Assembly (NCBI GenBank): GCA_903843045.1
Contig: CAIMOJ010000046.1
Span: 650-64,649, forward strand
Direction of reading: 5' to 3'
DNA: 64,000 nt
From: Candidatus Uhrbacteria bacterium
GTDB taxonomy: Bacteria; Patescibacteriota; Patescibacteriia; UBA9934; GWF2-40-263
Below the pieces are notes generated by a model. That model saw nothing but the letters and a program-made list of their open reading frames with translations, was not told the origin of the DNA and did not search any database. Shown piece after piece: positions 9,881 through 19,144 of the stretch. Numbering within the stretch: the stretch's first letter is position 1; each line of letters starts with the position of its first letter. The translations under genes and the position numbers were made by a program.

Positions 9881-9911
9881 ACGGATCCGCGCATCGAGTC
9901 GGATCCGTTTT
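9881..9911 (+). terminator. Intrinsic terminator of pgi
   Basis: acggatccgcgcatcgagtcggatccgt followed by ttt. Confidence 0.5.
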
Positions 9912-10368
9912 AGTCTCTACGGCGAAGACAACGCGAAAAAAATATAATAACCAAAAACGCAAAGGCCTCTAATTTGATTTGGGGGGTATGTAGGTACGTC
10001 TCGTTTTAAAACTCAATTTTGAGAAAACGAGACGGAGCGTCAGAGACGACGATAGACCCGTACCTAGACACCCGGAAATCGTCCTGGACGCGTTTATGCC
10101 GTCCAAGGCGACCTGGGTAGAACCCATCAACGATGACCATGAGCGGGACCCAATTGAATCACGGGTACCGCGGAAGAACGATCCGGAAGGATCCAGACCA
10201 GAAAGGCTCTGACGGACAGGACTGTACGCCATGCAAAACACGGGCAAACGGCATAAAACGCCGAATAACCCGTGTCTTATTTTTAGCTCTATTTAGCCCA
10301 CTTCTGACATGACGTGTCGTCTAAGTTACAGAAGACGACGCTTAAGATCACCTTCTCGGATTGTCATT

Positions 10369-10590
10369 CTACCTCATGAACCAAGCCGTTGAGAACCCTG
10401 CAAAATATGTCATTGCAAGCAACCCCGCACCTATGACGAAGATTCCCACGCCAAGCATCATGATGCCTTTGATCGAGTCGTCGTCCTCGGCGGCACCCAA
10501 CATCATATACGCGCTAATGACGATGAAGACCGTTAACGGCGTTATGGCCATCGCCCACGCGACGACCTTCAGTGCGAGATCGAGATCCAT
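10369..10590 (-). CDS. Small two-TM membrane protein (hypothetical)
   Basis: 73 aa, two hydrophobic helices; 6-nt gap to the upstream peptidase gene. Confidence 0.3.
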   Translation of the reverse strand: MDLDLALKVVAWAMAITPLTVFIVISAYMMLGAAEDDDSIKGIMMLGVGIFVIGAGLLAMTYFAGFSTAWFMR

Positions 10591-10596
10591 AACAAT

Positions 10597-11859
10597 TTAT
10601 TCAAGCGGTGTGTGATCAAGATAGTTGAGCGGATTTACCGGGATGCCGTTCAACCGAACTTCGTAGTGCAGGTGCGCCCCGGTCGAAAGTCCCGCGCCCT
10701 GCATTCCAGGGACTCCGCCGGAAAGTCCGATCACCGTTCCGCGTCCGACGTACTCGTCCTGCTTTACGGCAAACTTCGATAAGTGGGCATAGAGCGTCGC
10801 GATGCCGTCCGCGTGGATAACCATCACGTAGTTGCCATACTGCGTTCCGGTCTTCGTCCATGCCACGTATCCCGGCGCGGATGACTTTACCGGAGTGCCG
10901 AGCGGCGTCGGTATATCGATTCCCGGATGCTCGAACAAATGTCGGAACGGATAGGTCGGATCATGATAAAGCGTCGAGAGCCCCTTGTTCGGAGCCAGTG
11001 GCCACGAGATGACACTACTCCCCTGCCCCGTATTGTCCAGAGTTGACAGTTTGCGCTCAACCTCGCCCTGAAGGGCGCCAATCTCCTGGCTGACGGACTG
11101 CTGTTCCGCGTGAATGCTGGATAAAAAGCCCTGAAACGCGCTTTCCGTGCGCTGAGTCTGGGCGAGAAGGAACTGCTTTGCCTCCTTTTCCTCGTCGAGC
11201 TGACCCTTTTGGCGCAATTGGTCGGCCTGGAGATCGGCAAGGCGCGTGCGCTTCCCAACCTGCGAGGCACGGTCATTTATCACGGACGTTCGCTCGGCCT
11301 CCGCGCGCGTCAGAGCGTTCTTCAGGTCTCCCGTTACGCTTGAAAGCTGCTGCAGCCGGTCGAACAGCTCGCCAAACGAATCCGAGCCGAACAGGAGCTG
11401 CAGCGTCATGTCGTTGTCATACGTGTCCATCTTGCGGAGAATGTCGCCAAGGGATGCGCGGTCGAGTTCAAGCTGATGCTCGATCGCGTCGGCGCGGATC
11501 TGCAGAAGCTGGATCTCGTCGTTCGTGGCCGAGATGTCCTCGTCGGTCGCCGAGATGTCCAGTTCAGTCTTCGCCACGCGGTTGTCGAGCAATTCCATCT
11601 CGCTTACGAGCGTCGCGCTCTGCGCCTCCGCATCCGCGATCTTTTTTTTGTACGTGGCCACGCTCCCGTTCAGCTTGTCCACCTCCGCCTTCTTCTGCGC
11701 GATCTGATCGTTCAGGTCCGTGATCGTTCCTGCCGCCTTGGAATCGCTTACGGCGACGGGTGATGCCACATCCGACGTATCCGCAAAAACAGCGCGAACG
11801 ACAACGGACGTCGCGGCCATCACGGCGATCAGCGGAATGAAGAGGAACGATTTTTTCAT
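10597..11859 (-). CDS. EnvC-like murein hydrolase activator / M23 (LytM) peptidase with long N-terminal coiled coil
   Basis: Signal peptide, ~250 aa coiled coil, C-terminal LytM domain (GIDIPTPLGTPV...GLSTGAHLHYEVR). Confidence 0.8.
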   Translation of the reverse strand: MKKSFLFIPLIAVMAATSVVVRAVFADTSDVASPVAVSDSKAAGTITDLNDQIAQKKAEVDKLNGSVATYKKKIADAEAQSATLVSEMELLDNRVAKTELDISATDEDISATNDEIQLLQIRADAIEHQLELDRASLGDILRKMDTYDNDMTLQLLFGSDSFGELFDRLQQLSSVTGDLKNALTRAEAERTSVINDRASQVGKRTRLADLQADQLRQKGQLDEEKEAKQFLLAQTQRTESAFQGFLSSIHAEQQSVSQEIGALQGEVERKLSTLDNTGQGSSVISWPLAPNKGLSTLYHDPTYPFRHLFEHPGIDIPTPLGTPVKSSAPGYVAWTKTGTQYGNYVMVIHADGIATLYAHLSKFAVKQDEYVGRGTVIGLSGGVPGMQGAGLSTGAHLHYEVRLNGIPVNPLNYLDHTPLE

Positions 11860-11872
11860 GTCGATATCGTCT

Positions 11873-11924
11873 CCCTCTCCTTTAAAAAGAGAGGGCTGGG
11901 GTGAGGTCTACGTCGTCTACGTCG
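11873..11924. repeat. Palindromic element family A, copy 1 (intergenic; its 3' end supplies the gltX stop codon)
   Basis: tccctctcctttaaaaagagagggctggggtgaggtctacgtcgtctacgtcg. Confidence 0.7.
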
Positions 11925-13386
11925 CGAGCGAGGCAATCGCTCCGTCCAACCTCCGCATCGTCTCATCCTTGCCAAGCGCCCAGGCGAGCTCGAACGGGCT
12001 CGGCGAGGCGGCACGACCGGACAATGCCACGCGGGTCGGCCACAGGACGTTTCCGTTCGACAAACCCTTTGACTCAATATACGCCTTTATCGACGCTTCG
12101 ACCAATCCGATCTCCGTCCAGACCGTCTCTTCGACGGTCGACAGATGGTCGCGAACCCCGACAAGGTTCGCCTTGCTGTCCGCCGCGTCCGCCTTCTTCC
12201 AGACGAGAATCGCCGGATCGAACGCCGGGACCGACACGTACGCGTCGACGATCTCGACGATGTCCGTGAGCCGTTCCATCCGTGTCTTCTCAATCGCGCA
12301 GATCTTCTCGAGCAACGCCGCGTCAATCGTCTTGCCAGCCGCGTCCAAAAACGGACGAACGAGGGCGACAAGTTCCGCGGACGTCTTCTTCATGACGTAC
12401 TGCCCGTTCATCCAGTTCAGTTTCGCCTGGTCGAACACCGCGCCCGACTTGTTGATCTTCGTCAGGTCGAACAGCTCGATCAATTCGTCGATCGCGTAAA
12501 TCTCCTGGTCCGCTTTCGGATTAAAGCCAAGAAGAGCAACGAAGTTCACAAGCGCCTCCGGAAGATATCCCTTTGCGAGATAGTCCTCGACCGCGACGTC
12601 GCCTTGGCGCTTCGACAGCTTCGACTTATCCGGGTTGAGCAGCAACGGCAGATGCGCAAACAGCGGCGCGTCCCAACCGAACAGGCGGTACAGGATGACG
12701 TGCTTCGGCGTGGAAGAGATCCATTCCTCGCCGCGAATGACGTGCGTGATCTTCATCAAGTGGTCATCGACGACAACGGCCATGTGGTACGTCGGAAACC
12801 CGTCGGACTTGATAAGAACCTGGTCGTCGACCTCCGCATTGTTGATCGTAATCGTTCCGCGGATCACGTCCTCGAAGGAGGTCTCGCCTTCCGGGACGCG
12901 GAGGCGGAGGACGTGCGCTTCGCCGGCTGCCGAGCGTCGTAAAACTTCGTCGGCAGGAAGGCTGAGGCAGTGACGGTCGTACTTCGTCGACAGCTTGGCG
13001 ATCTCCTGCTGCTTGCGAAGCCCGTCGAGACGCTCTGACGAACAGAAACAGACGTACGCGGCGCCGGCGTCGAGCAGACGCTTGGCGTGCTCCTGATAGA
13101 CGGGAAGACGCTCCGACTGGATATACGGCCCCACGTCGCCGACCTGCTCTACGGCTCCGTTCACGAGGCGCGGCCCTTCGTCCGGAAGCAAATTGACGCG
13201 TCCAAAGGCTTCAAGAAGCTTCTCGACGGCGCCGGGGACGAGCCGCTCGCGGTCCGTGTCCTCAATCCGAAGCAAGTACTGTCCCGACTGCTGCCGGGCA
13301 AGCAGATAGTTGTACAACGCCGTGCGAAGTCCGCCGACGTGGAGGAATCCGGTTGGAGACGGGGCGAAGCGAGTTCGAACGGACAT
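11917..13386 (-). CDS. gltX: Glutamyl-tRNA synthetase
   Basis: HIGH-class motif (PSPTGFLHVGG) and KLSKR (KMSKS) motif; 489 aa. Confidence 0.9.
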   Translation of the reverse strand: MSVRTRFAPSPTGFLHVGGLRTALYNYLLARQQSGQYLLRIEDTDRERLVPGAVEKLLEAFGRVNLLPDEGPRLVNGAVEQVGDVGPYIQSERLPVYQEHAKRLLDAGAAYVCFCSSERLDGLRKQQEIAKLSTKYDRHCLSLPADEVLRRSAAGEAHVLRLRVPEGETSFEDVIRGTITINNAEVDDQVLIKSDGFPTYHMAVVVDDHLMKITHVIRGEEWISSTPKHVILYRLFGWDAPLFAHLPLLLNPDKSKLSKRQGDVAVEDYLAKGYLPEALVNFVALLGFNPKADQEIYAIDELIELFDLTKINKSGAVFDQAKLNWMNGQYVMKKTSAELVALVRPFLDAAGKTIDAALLEKICAIEKTRMERLTDIVEIVDAYVSVPAFDPAILVWKKADAADSKANLVGVRDHLSTVEETVWTEIGLVEASIKAYIESKGLSNGNVLWPTRVALSGRAASPSPFELAWALGKDETMRRLDGAIASLAT

Positions 13387-13389
13387 AGG

Positions 13390-14172
13390 TTAGGATTCGT
13401 CGGATTTATGCTTCAGAGCTGCGTCGTATCGCGTGCGGATCGCCTTTGAAAGACCCGGCAGAAGAACGGAAAACTTGTAGGCGAACTCGTGCGGAAAATG
13501 ATGGCCTCGAAGCGAGTACGCGTTCATCACTTTGTCGATGTGGAATCCAGAAACGTCGACGGACGTCATCCAGCGCGTCTTCGACTTGATGATGACCCCG
13601 TCCTTTTCGTCGTACAGGGGTCCGTAGTCCAGTCGAATCCCCGACTTGGTGGCAGACCGCGCCGAGTATGGCGAACGAGAGACGATATTCCACGCGATGT
13701 TATTGTTCGAGAACAGCGCGTTGACCGACTCGAGCTCGCGATGGACCAGACCGTCACAGACGGGACTCAGCTCATAGACGTGCTCGTCCTTGTAAATGCT
13801 CTTCGAGAGGACATCCGGGTGGTTCATCTCCTGGGACGCGACCTTCAGGATCATCGAAAGCTCGTCAAACGCGTCGGATGACTCCTTTGAATTCTTTTCA
13901 GCGTGACACAGGATCTGATTCGACGTCTTGTTCAGCGCGGACTCGACGCCCGCGAACAGGTCCTCGAACACCTTGGCGGCGTCGGCTCGCTCAAGGGACG
14001 CGATGGCCGCGCGAAGCTCGACAAGGAATCGCCCGATTTCGAACGACGCATCCCGATAGTCCTCAAGAATTCCCTCTCGATCCTTCTTTGGAATCTTGTT
14101 CTCGTCGAAGGAGACTTCCTTTCCCGAATGTCCCACGCCGAATTCGCCCATGCGTCGGTTGGCCTCGCTCAT
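13390..14172 (-). CDS. Hypothetical protein (260 aa), no recognisable domain; possible Rx5H near the C-terminus
   Basis: Start MSEANRRMGEF; the Arg-rich 5' extension in the ORF track is spurious; 4-nt overlaps with both neighbours (operon). Confidence 0.4.
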   Translation of the reverse strand: MSEANRRMGEFGVGHSGKEVSFDENKIPKKDREGILEDYRDASFEIGRFLVELRAAIASLERADAAKVFEDLFAGVESALNKTSNQILCHAEKNSKESSDAFDELSMILKVASQEMNHPDVLSKSIYKDEHVYELSPVCDGLVHRELESVNALFSNNNIAWNIVSRSPYSARSATKSGIRLDYGPLYDEKDGVIIKSKTRWMTSVDVSGFHIDKVMNAYSLRGHHFPHEFAYKFSVLLPGLSKAIRTRYDAALKHKSDES

Positions 14173-15005
14173 ACGCCGCGCAGTTGATTGATAATTTCCG
14201 GCACCGTCGCGCGACACGCGGCCACGAACCGATGCCGCCTCAGTGTATCCCAGACGACCACCGCTGGGAAGACGACCGCGGCGTTGAAAATGCGTCGAAA
14301 CCGCCTCGGTTCGATAACGAGCCGCCAGAGCCATTCGAGGCCGACGCGACGGACGAACGCCGGCGCCCGTCGCTTTGTCCCGGCGATCATGTCGAGCGCG
14401 CCGCCGACGCCGATGTAGACGCGGGGAGAGGGGTGAGGAGGGTTCGGAGGGGCGGAGCTTCGAAGAGCCTCGATGAACCGTTCCTGCTTTCCCATGCCGA
14501 GCGCGACGGCAACGACGTCCGCGTTTTCGAGGCTGGTGGATTTCATGCGGTCGGATGAAACACGCCCGGCGTTGCTGTCGTCGCTCGAGACGATCCCAAC
14601 GTCGACCGTCGAGACATCGAGGCCGACGAACCGTGCCCGCATCGCGTCCGCGGCAGACTCCGCGACGCCTGGCCCACCTCCGACGAGAACGAGACGCCTT
14701 CCCTGCTCCGCGCAGAGTTTGGCGAGCAACAGCAGTGTGTCGACTCCGGTGTGGCGATGCGATAAACGATCGCCGGTCAACGCCGATGTCGCAAACCGAA
14801 GTCCGACGCCATCGGGCAAGGACAGATCCGCGCGATTCAGGAGCTCGACGAACGACGGGTCGCACCGGGCGGCGAGGACGAACTCCGGGTTCGGGGTCAC
14901 GATCGCGCACGACGAATTCGAATCCAACCACCCGGACAGGAGGTCCGTAAGCTCGCCTGTGGACAAGTCGGAAATACGCACGCCGAACAGTTCAAAATCT
15001 CTCAT
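14169..15005 (-). CDS. WecG/TagA/CpsF-family (GT26) glycosyltransferase
   Basis: MRDFELFGVRISDL... conserved GT26 core (ALGMGKQE, GVGGALD); contains an in-frame family B repeat insertion. Confidence 0.55.
   Translation of the reverse strand: MRDFELFGVRISDLSTGELTDLLSGWLDSNSSCAIVTPNPEFVLAARCDPSFVELLNRADLSLPDGVGLRFATSALTGDRLSHRHTGVDTLLLLAKLCAEQGRRLVLVGGGPGVAESAADAMRARFVGLDVSTVDVGIVSSDDSNAGRVSSDRMKSTSLENADVVAVALGMGKQERFIEALRSSAPPNPPHPSPRVYIGVGGALDMIAGTKRRAPAFVRRVGLEWLWRLVIEPRRFRRIFNAAVVFPAVVVWDTLRRHRFVAACRATVPEIINQLRGV
14431..14472. repeat. Short G-rich repeat, family B copy embedded in frame in the GT26 gene (encodes ...SSAPPNPPHPSP...)
   Basis: gggtgaggagggttcggaggggcggagcttcgaagagcctcg. Confidence 0.5.
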
Positions 15006-15032
15006 ATACAGCCAAAATACTAGCATTTCTAC

Positions 15033-15061
15033 TTGACTTTTGCAAATTAGCACTCTATACT
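15033..15061 (+). promoter_or_regulatory. Sigma-70-type promoter of clpB (TTGACT-17-TATACT)
   Basis: Near-consensus -35/-10 with 17-nt spacer, ~30 nt upstream of the clpB ATG. Confidence 0.6.
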
Positions 15062-15073
15062 ATCGAGTGCTAA
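15047..15073 (+). promoter_or_regulatory. CIRCE operator (HrcA binding site), perfect consensus TTAGCACTC-N9-GAGTGCTAA overlapping the -10
   Basis: ttagcactc tatactatc gagtgctaa. Confidence 0.8.
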
Positions 15074-15088
15074 TCTGTCTCCAACCTT

Positions 15089-17719
15089 ATGTTGCCGAAC
15101 AACTTTACCCTGAAATCCCAAGAGGCGCTCCAGACGGCCAACAATCTGGCGGTGCAGGGCGGACAGCCGGCGCTTGAGCCGATCCATCTGGTCGCTTCCC
15201 TCCTGTCGCAGGACGAGGGGGTGGTGCCGGCGATCGTGAACAAGATCGTCGGGAATCCGTCCGACCTCCGGGCCGAGGTTGAGAAGATCATCGATGCGCT
15301 GCCGAAGCAGAAGGCGCAGGGCGGCGGGATCGGGCAGATTTTTTTGGCGCCTGAGATGGCGACCGTGCTTTCGGAGTCCGCGACGATCGCGAAGCAGTTC
15401 AAGGACGATTACATTTCTACCGAGCATCTCCTGCTTGGGCTTTTGAAAAACAAGAACGTCTCGCGTTTCCTCGGCAAGTACAAGATGACCGAAGAAACCG
15501 TGCTCCAGGCGCTCAAGGACATTCGGGGAACGCAGCGCGTCGACAGCCAGGAGCCGGAGACAAAGTATCAGGCGATCAAGAAGTACAGTCGAAACCTGAC
15601 AGATGCCGCGCGCGTCGGAGAGCTCGATCCCGTGATCGGCCGCGACGCCGAAATCCGCCGCGTCATGCAGGTCCTGTCGCGCCGCACCAAGAACAACCCG
15701 GTGCTCATCGGCGAGGCGGGCGTGGGCAAAACCGCGATCATCGAGGGGCTTGCCCAGCGCATCGTGGACGGCGACGTGCCAGAGATGCTGAAGGAAAAGG
15801 AAATCATTGCGCTCGACGTCGGATCGATGGTCGCGGGAACGAAGTACCGCGGAGAGTTCGAGGACCGTTTGAAGGCGGTGCTCAAGGAAATCGAAGGATC
15901 CGGCGGGAAGATTATCCTGTTCATCGACGAGCTTCACACGCTCGTCGGCGCCGGGACGACCGAAGGAAGCTCGCTCGATGCGGCGAACATGCTGAAGCCT
16001 GCACTTGCCCGCGGAAAACTCCGCGCGGTCGGAGCGACGACGCTCAAGGAATACCAGCGCTACATCGAGAAGGACCCTGCGCTCGAACGACGGTTCCAGC
16101 CCGTGATGGTCGAGGAGCCGAGCGTCGAGGACAGCATCGCGATCTTGCGCGGTATCAAGGAGAAGTACGAGCTCCACCACGGCGTCCGCGTCTCGGACCC
16201 GTCGATCGTCGCGGCCGCCGAGCTGTCGCACCGCTACATTACCGACCGACAACTTCCCGACAAGGCCGTCGACCTGATGGACGAGGCCGCCGCCGCGCTG
16301 CGCATGCAGATCGACTCGATGCCGGAGGAACTCGACATGCTGAAGCGCGACCTGATCCGCCACGAGATCGAGCGGAAGGCTCTCGAGAAGGAGGAGGACA
16401 AGGATTCAAAGGCGCGACTCGGCGAGATCGAGCGTCAGATCGCGGATTTGCGCGAGAAGACCGACGCGCTCGAGGGAAAGTGGCGGAACGAGAAGGACAA
16501 GATCGGCGAGATTCAGTCGGCAAAGAGTGCCGTCGAGAAACTGCGCGCCGAGGCCGAGATCGCCGAGCGCCGCGGGGACCTGGAGACCGTCGCGAAGATT
16601 CGCTACGGGACGATTCCGACCGAGGAGCGGCGTTTGAAAGAGGCGGAGGTCGCGCTGACCCAGCTCCAGCAAGATCGCGGATTGCTCAAACAGGTCGTCA
16701 CGGAGGAAGACATCGCCGCGGTCGTGAGCCGCTGGACGTCGATCCCCGTCTCGAAGATGCTCGAGTCCGAGCTGAAGAAGCTGGCTCGCATGGAGGACGA
16801 GCTCATCAAGCGCGTCGTCGGCCAGAAGGAGGCCATCGCCGCCGTGTCGAACGCGCTGCGACGGTCGCGCGCCGGGATCTCGGAATCGAACCGGCCGATT
16901 GGGTCGTTCATCTTTCTCGGCCCGACGGGCGTGGGAAAGACCGAGCTCGCCCGCGCGCTCGCCGGGTTCATGTTCAACGACGAGTCCGCGCTCGTGCGGC
17001 TCGACATGTCGGAGTACATGGAGAAGCACGCCGTGTCCAAGATCCTCGGTTCCCCGCCGGGCTACGTCGGGCATGAGGAAGGCGGGCAGCTCACGGAGAT
17101 CGTCCGCCGCAAGCCGTACTCGGTCCTGCTGTTCGACGAGATCGAAAAGGCGCATCCGGACACGTTCAACGTCCTCCTGCAGATTCTCGACGAGGGACAT
17201 CTCACCGACGCGAAGGGCCGCAAGGTCAACTTCAAGAACACGGTGATCATCATGACGTCGAACATCGGATCGGACGTGATCCTCGACATGGGAAAGACGC
17301 GCGGAACCATCGGGTTCAGCGAGGACGAGACCGGCGCGGGCGACGAGGGCGAGATCCAGGAGCGCGTCATGGGCATGCTCCGCGACCACTTCCGCCCGGA
17401 GTTCCTGAACCGCGTCGACGAGATCATCATGTTCCACGCGCTGACCGAGGCGCAGATTGGCGAGATCGTGAACCTCCAGCTCACACGGACGTTCGAGCGC
17501 CTTGAGAAGGAACGCGGAATCGTCCTCTCCGTCTCGCCCGCCGCGAAGAAGCTGCTCGCGCGAAAGGGGTACGATCCGGCGTACGGCGCGCGTCCGCTGA
17601 AGCGCGTCATCCAGCGTCTGATTCTCGACCCGCTGGCGATGAGAATCGTCGAGGGAAGCCTGAAGGAAGGACAGTCCGTGGCCATCGGGGCCAAGGCAGA
17701 CGAGATCGTGATCTCGTAG
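15089..17719 (+). CDS. clpB: Chaperone disaggregase ClpB
   Basis: Clp N-domain, two AAA+ modules ([16 protein letters not shown]), long middle coiled-coil between NBD1 and NBD2; 876 aa. Confidence 0.95.
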   Translation: MLPNNFTLKSQEALQTANNLAVQGGQPALEPIHLVASLLSQDEGVVPAIVNKIVGNPSDLRAEVEKIIDALPKQKAQGGGIGQIFLAPEMATVLSESATIAKQFKDDYISTEHLLLGLLKNKNVSRFLGKYKMTEETVLQALKDIRGTQRVDSQEPETKYQAIKKYSRNLTDAARVGELDPVIGRDAEIRRVMQVLSRRTKNNPVLIGEAGVGKTAIIEGLAQRIVDGDVPEMLKEKEIIALDVGSMVAGTKYRGEFEDRLKAVLKEIEGSGGKIILFIDELHTLVGAGTTEGSSLDAANMLKPALARGKLRAVGATTLKEYQRYIEKDPALERRFQPVMVEEPSVEDSIAILRGIKEKYELHHGVRVSDPSIVAAAELSHRYITDRQLPDKAVDLMDEAAAALRMQIDSMPEELDMLKRDLIRHEIERKALEKEEDKDSKARLGEIERQIADLREKTDALEGKWRNEKDKIGEIQSAKSAVEKLRAEAEIAERRGDLETVAKIRYGTIPTEERRLKEAEVALTQLQQDRGLLKQVVTEEDIAAVVSRWTSIPVSKMLESELKKLARMEDELIKRVVGQKEAIAAVSNALRRSRAGISESNRPIGSFIFLGPTGVGKTELARALAGFMFNDESALVRLDMSEYMEKHAVSKILGSPPGYVGHEEGGQLTEIVRRKPYSVLLFDEIEKAHPDTFNVLLQILDEGHLTDAKGRKVNFKNTVIIMTSNIGSDVILDMGKTRGTIGFSEDETGAGDEGEIQERVMGMLRDHFRPEFLNRVDEIIMFHALTEAQIGEIVNLQLTRTFERLEKERGIVLSVSPAAKKLLARKGYDPAYGARPLKRVIQRLILDPLAMRIVEGSLKEGQSVAIGAKADEIVIS

Positions 17720-17734
17720 TATAATGGCGCCGTT

Positions 17735-19144
17735 ATGAAACGGCGCCTTTTGCTTTCCTCCCTCATCGGTCTCGTGGCATTTTCCTCAGTGCCGGCGCCT
17801 GTTTTCGCGTACGACTTCGTGCCGAACTACGTCATTTCCGACGCGGAGATGACCGATGTCTCCAGCATGACCCAGGCACAAATCCAGGCATTCCTCGACG
17901 CGTACGGCACGCTCGGCTCACGTTCGTTCGAGGACGTAGACGGTTCCGTTCGAACCTCCGCGGAGATCATCTATAACGCGGCCAATCGCAATCGAATAAG
18001 TCCGCGCGTGATCCTTGTCACGCTTCAGAAGGAACAGAGCCTGGTCGACGACACGAGTCCGAAGCAAAGTCAGCTCGACTGGGCGATGGGATACGGCATC
18101 TGCGACAGCTGCAACCATGAGACGGAGGCGGCGCAGCGGTTTCGAGGATTCGCCAAGCAGGTGAACTCCGCGACGCTTCAGTTCGGCGAAGGCTACATGG
18201 CCGACCTCGCCGCGTTCGGAAAGACGCTCGCGGGATACGGCCCCGGCGTGACCGTCGCCGTCGACGACATCCTCCTCACCCCCGCGAACAACGCCACCGC
18301 CGCGCTCTACACCTACACTCCGCACACCCACGGCAACGAGAATTTCTCCAAGCTCTGGCAACGCTGGTTTACGCACGATTATCCGGACGGGACGCTTCTT
18401 CAGAACGTGGAGGACGGCGGCGTCTGGCTTATCCAGTACGGCACGCGCCGACCGATCACGTCCCGCGCCGCGCTTCTGACGCGCTTCAACGAACGCGCGA
18501 TCGTCCCGGTCACGTCCACGTCGCTCGCCGTGTTTCCGACGGGACGCTCGATCTCCCTTCCGAACTATTCCCTGCTCCAATCCCCGAAGGGAACGGTCTA
18601 TCTCCTCGTCGACGACTCAATCCGCGGATTCGTCTCCCGCGAGGCGATGCGCGCCGCGGGCCTGAATCCGGAGGACGCGATCAACGTTTCGTTCGAGGAC
18701 CTTGCCGGATACAGGGAGGGCTCGCCGATCACGAGCGACAGCGTTTATCCGCAGGGCGCGCTCCTTCAGGACACGAAGACCGGCGGCGTCTACTTCGTTG
18801 AAAATGGATCGAAGTCGCCGATCATGTCCCGCGAGATCATGAACACAAAATTTAAAAACCTCGCGATCCAACCGGCGGAAGCGGGCGAGCTCGACGCGTA
18901 TCCGACGGTCGAACCCGTCCCATTCCCGGACGGCACCCTAATCAGCCCAAACGGGAAGTCGGATATCTACGTGGTTTCTGCCGGAAAACGCCTCCCGATC
19001 CCGAACGGCGAGACGTTCCTGTCCTACGGGTGGAACTGGGACCAGGTCATCAAGACGAACGACCGATCGATCGACATTCTCCCGCTTGGCGATCCGATCC
19101 AGCCAATTCAGGCGATCGAGCCCAATGATACGCAATCCCTATGA
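17735..19144 (+). CDS. Secreted protein with three C-terminal ~35-aa repeats (hypothetical, possibly cell-wall associated)
   Basis: Signal peptide MKRRLLLSSLIGLVAFSSVPAPVFA; repeats G(T/A)LLQ..GGV(W/Y)..(Y/E)G.R.PI.SR. Confidence 0.45.
   Translation: MKRRLLLSSLIGLVAFSSVPAPVFAYDFVPNYVISDAEMTDVSSMTQAQIQAFLDAYGTLGSRSFEDVDGSVRTSAEIIYNAANRNRISPRVILVTLQKEQSLVDDTSPKQSQLDWAMGYGICDSCNHETEAAQRFRGFAKQVNSATLQFGEGYMADLAAFGKTLAGYGPGVTVAVDDILLTPANNATAALYTYTPHTHGNENFSKLWQRWFTHDYPDGTLLQNVEDGGVWLIQYGTRRPITSRAALLTRFNERAIVPVTSTSLAVFPTGRSISLPNYSLLQSPKGTVYLLVDDSIRGFVSREAMRAAGLNPEDAINVSFEDLAGYREGSPITSDSVYPQGALLQDTKTGGVYFVENGSKSPIMSREIMNTKFKNLAIQPAEAGELDAYPTVEPVPFPDGTLISPNGKSDIYVVSAGKRLPIPNGETFLSYGWNWDQVIKTNDRSIDILPLGDPIQPIQAIEPNDTQSL

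Noticed and set aside
10180-10200. SRP (4.5S) RNA helix-8-like hairpin GATCC-GGAA-GGATC
   Set aside because: Only the GNRA-closed hairpin matches. The flanking conserved SRP domain IV internal loops (AGCAGCC/AAGGCAG) are not present. It is kept only as part of a generic ncRNA candidate.
9981-10300. tmRNA
   Set aside because: The region starts GGGGGGT, but there is no tRNA-like 3' end (GGTTCGAATCC...CCA) and no tag ORF ending in A-A-stop.
14173-14931. Arg-rich N-terminal extension of the 13390..14931 ORF
   Set aside because: It overlaps the GT26 gene on the same strand in another frame. The real start is the Met at 14172.
15047-17437. Long minus-strand ORFs (15047..16363, 16406..17437)
   Set aside because: They are antisense to clpB, which is unambiguous.
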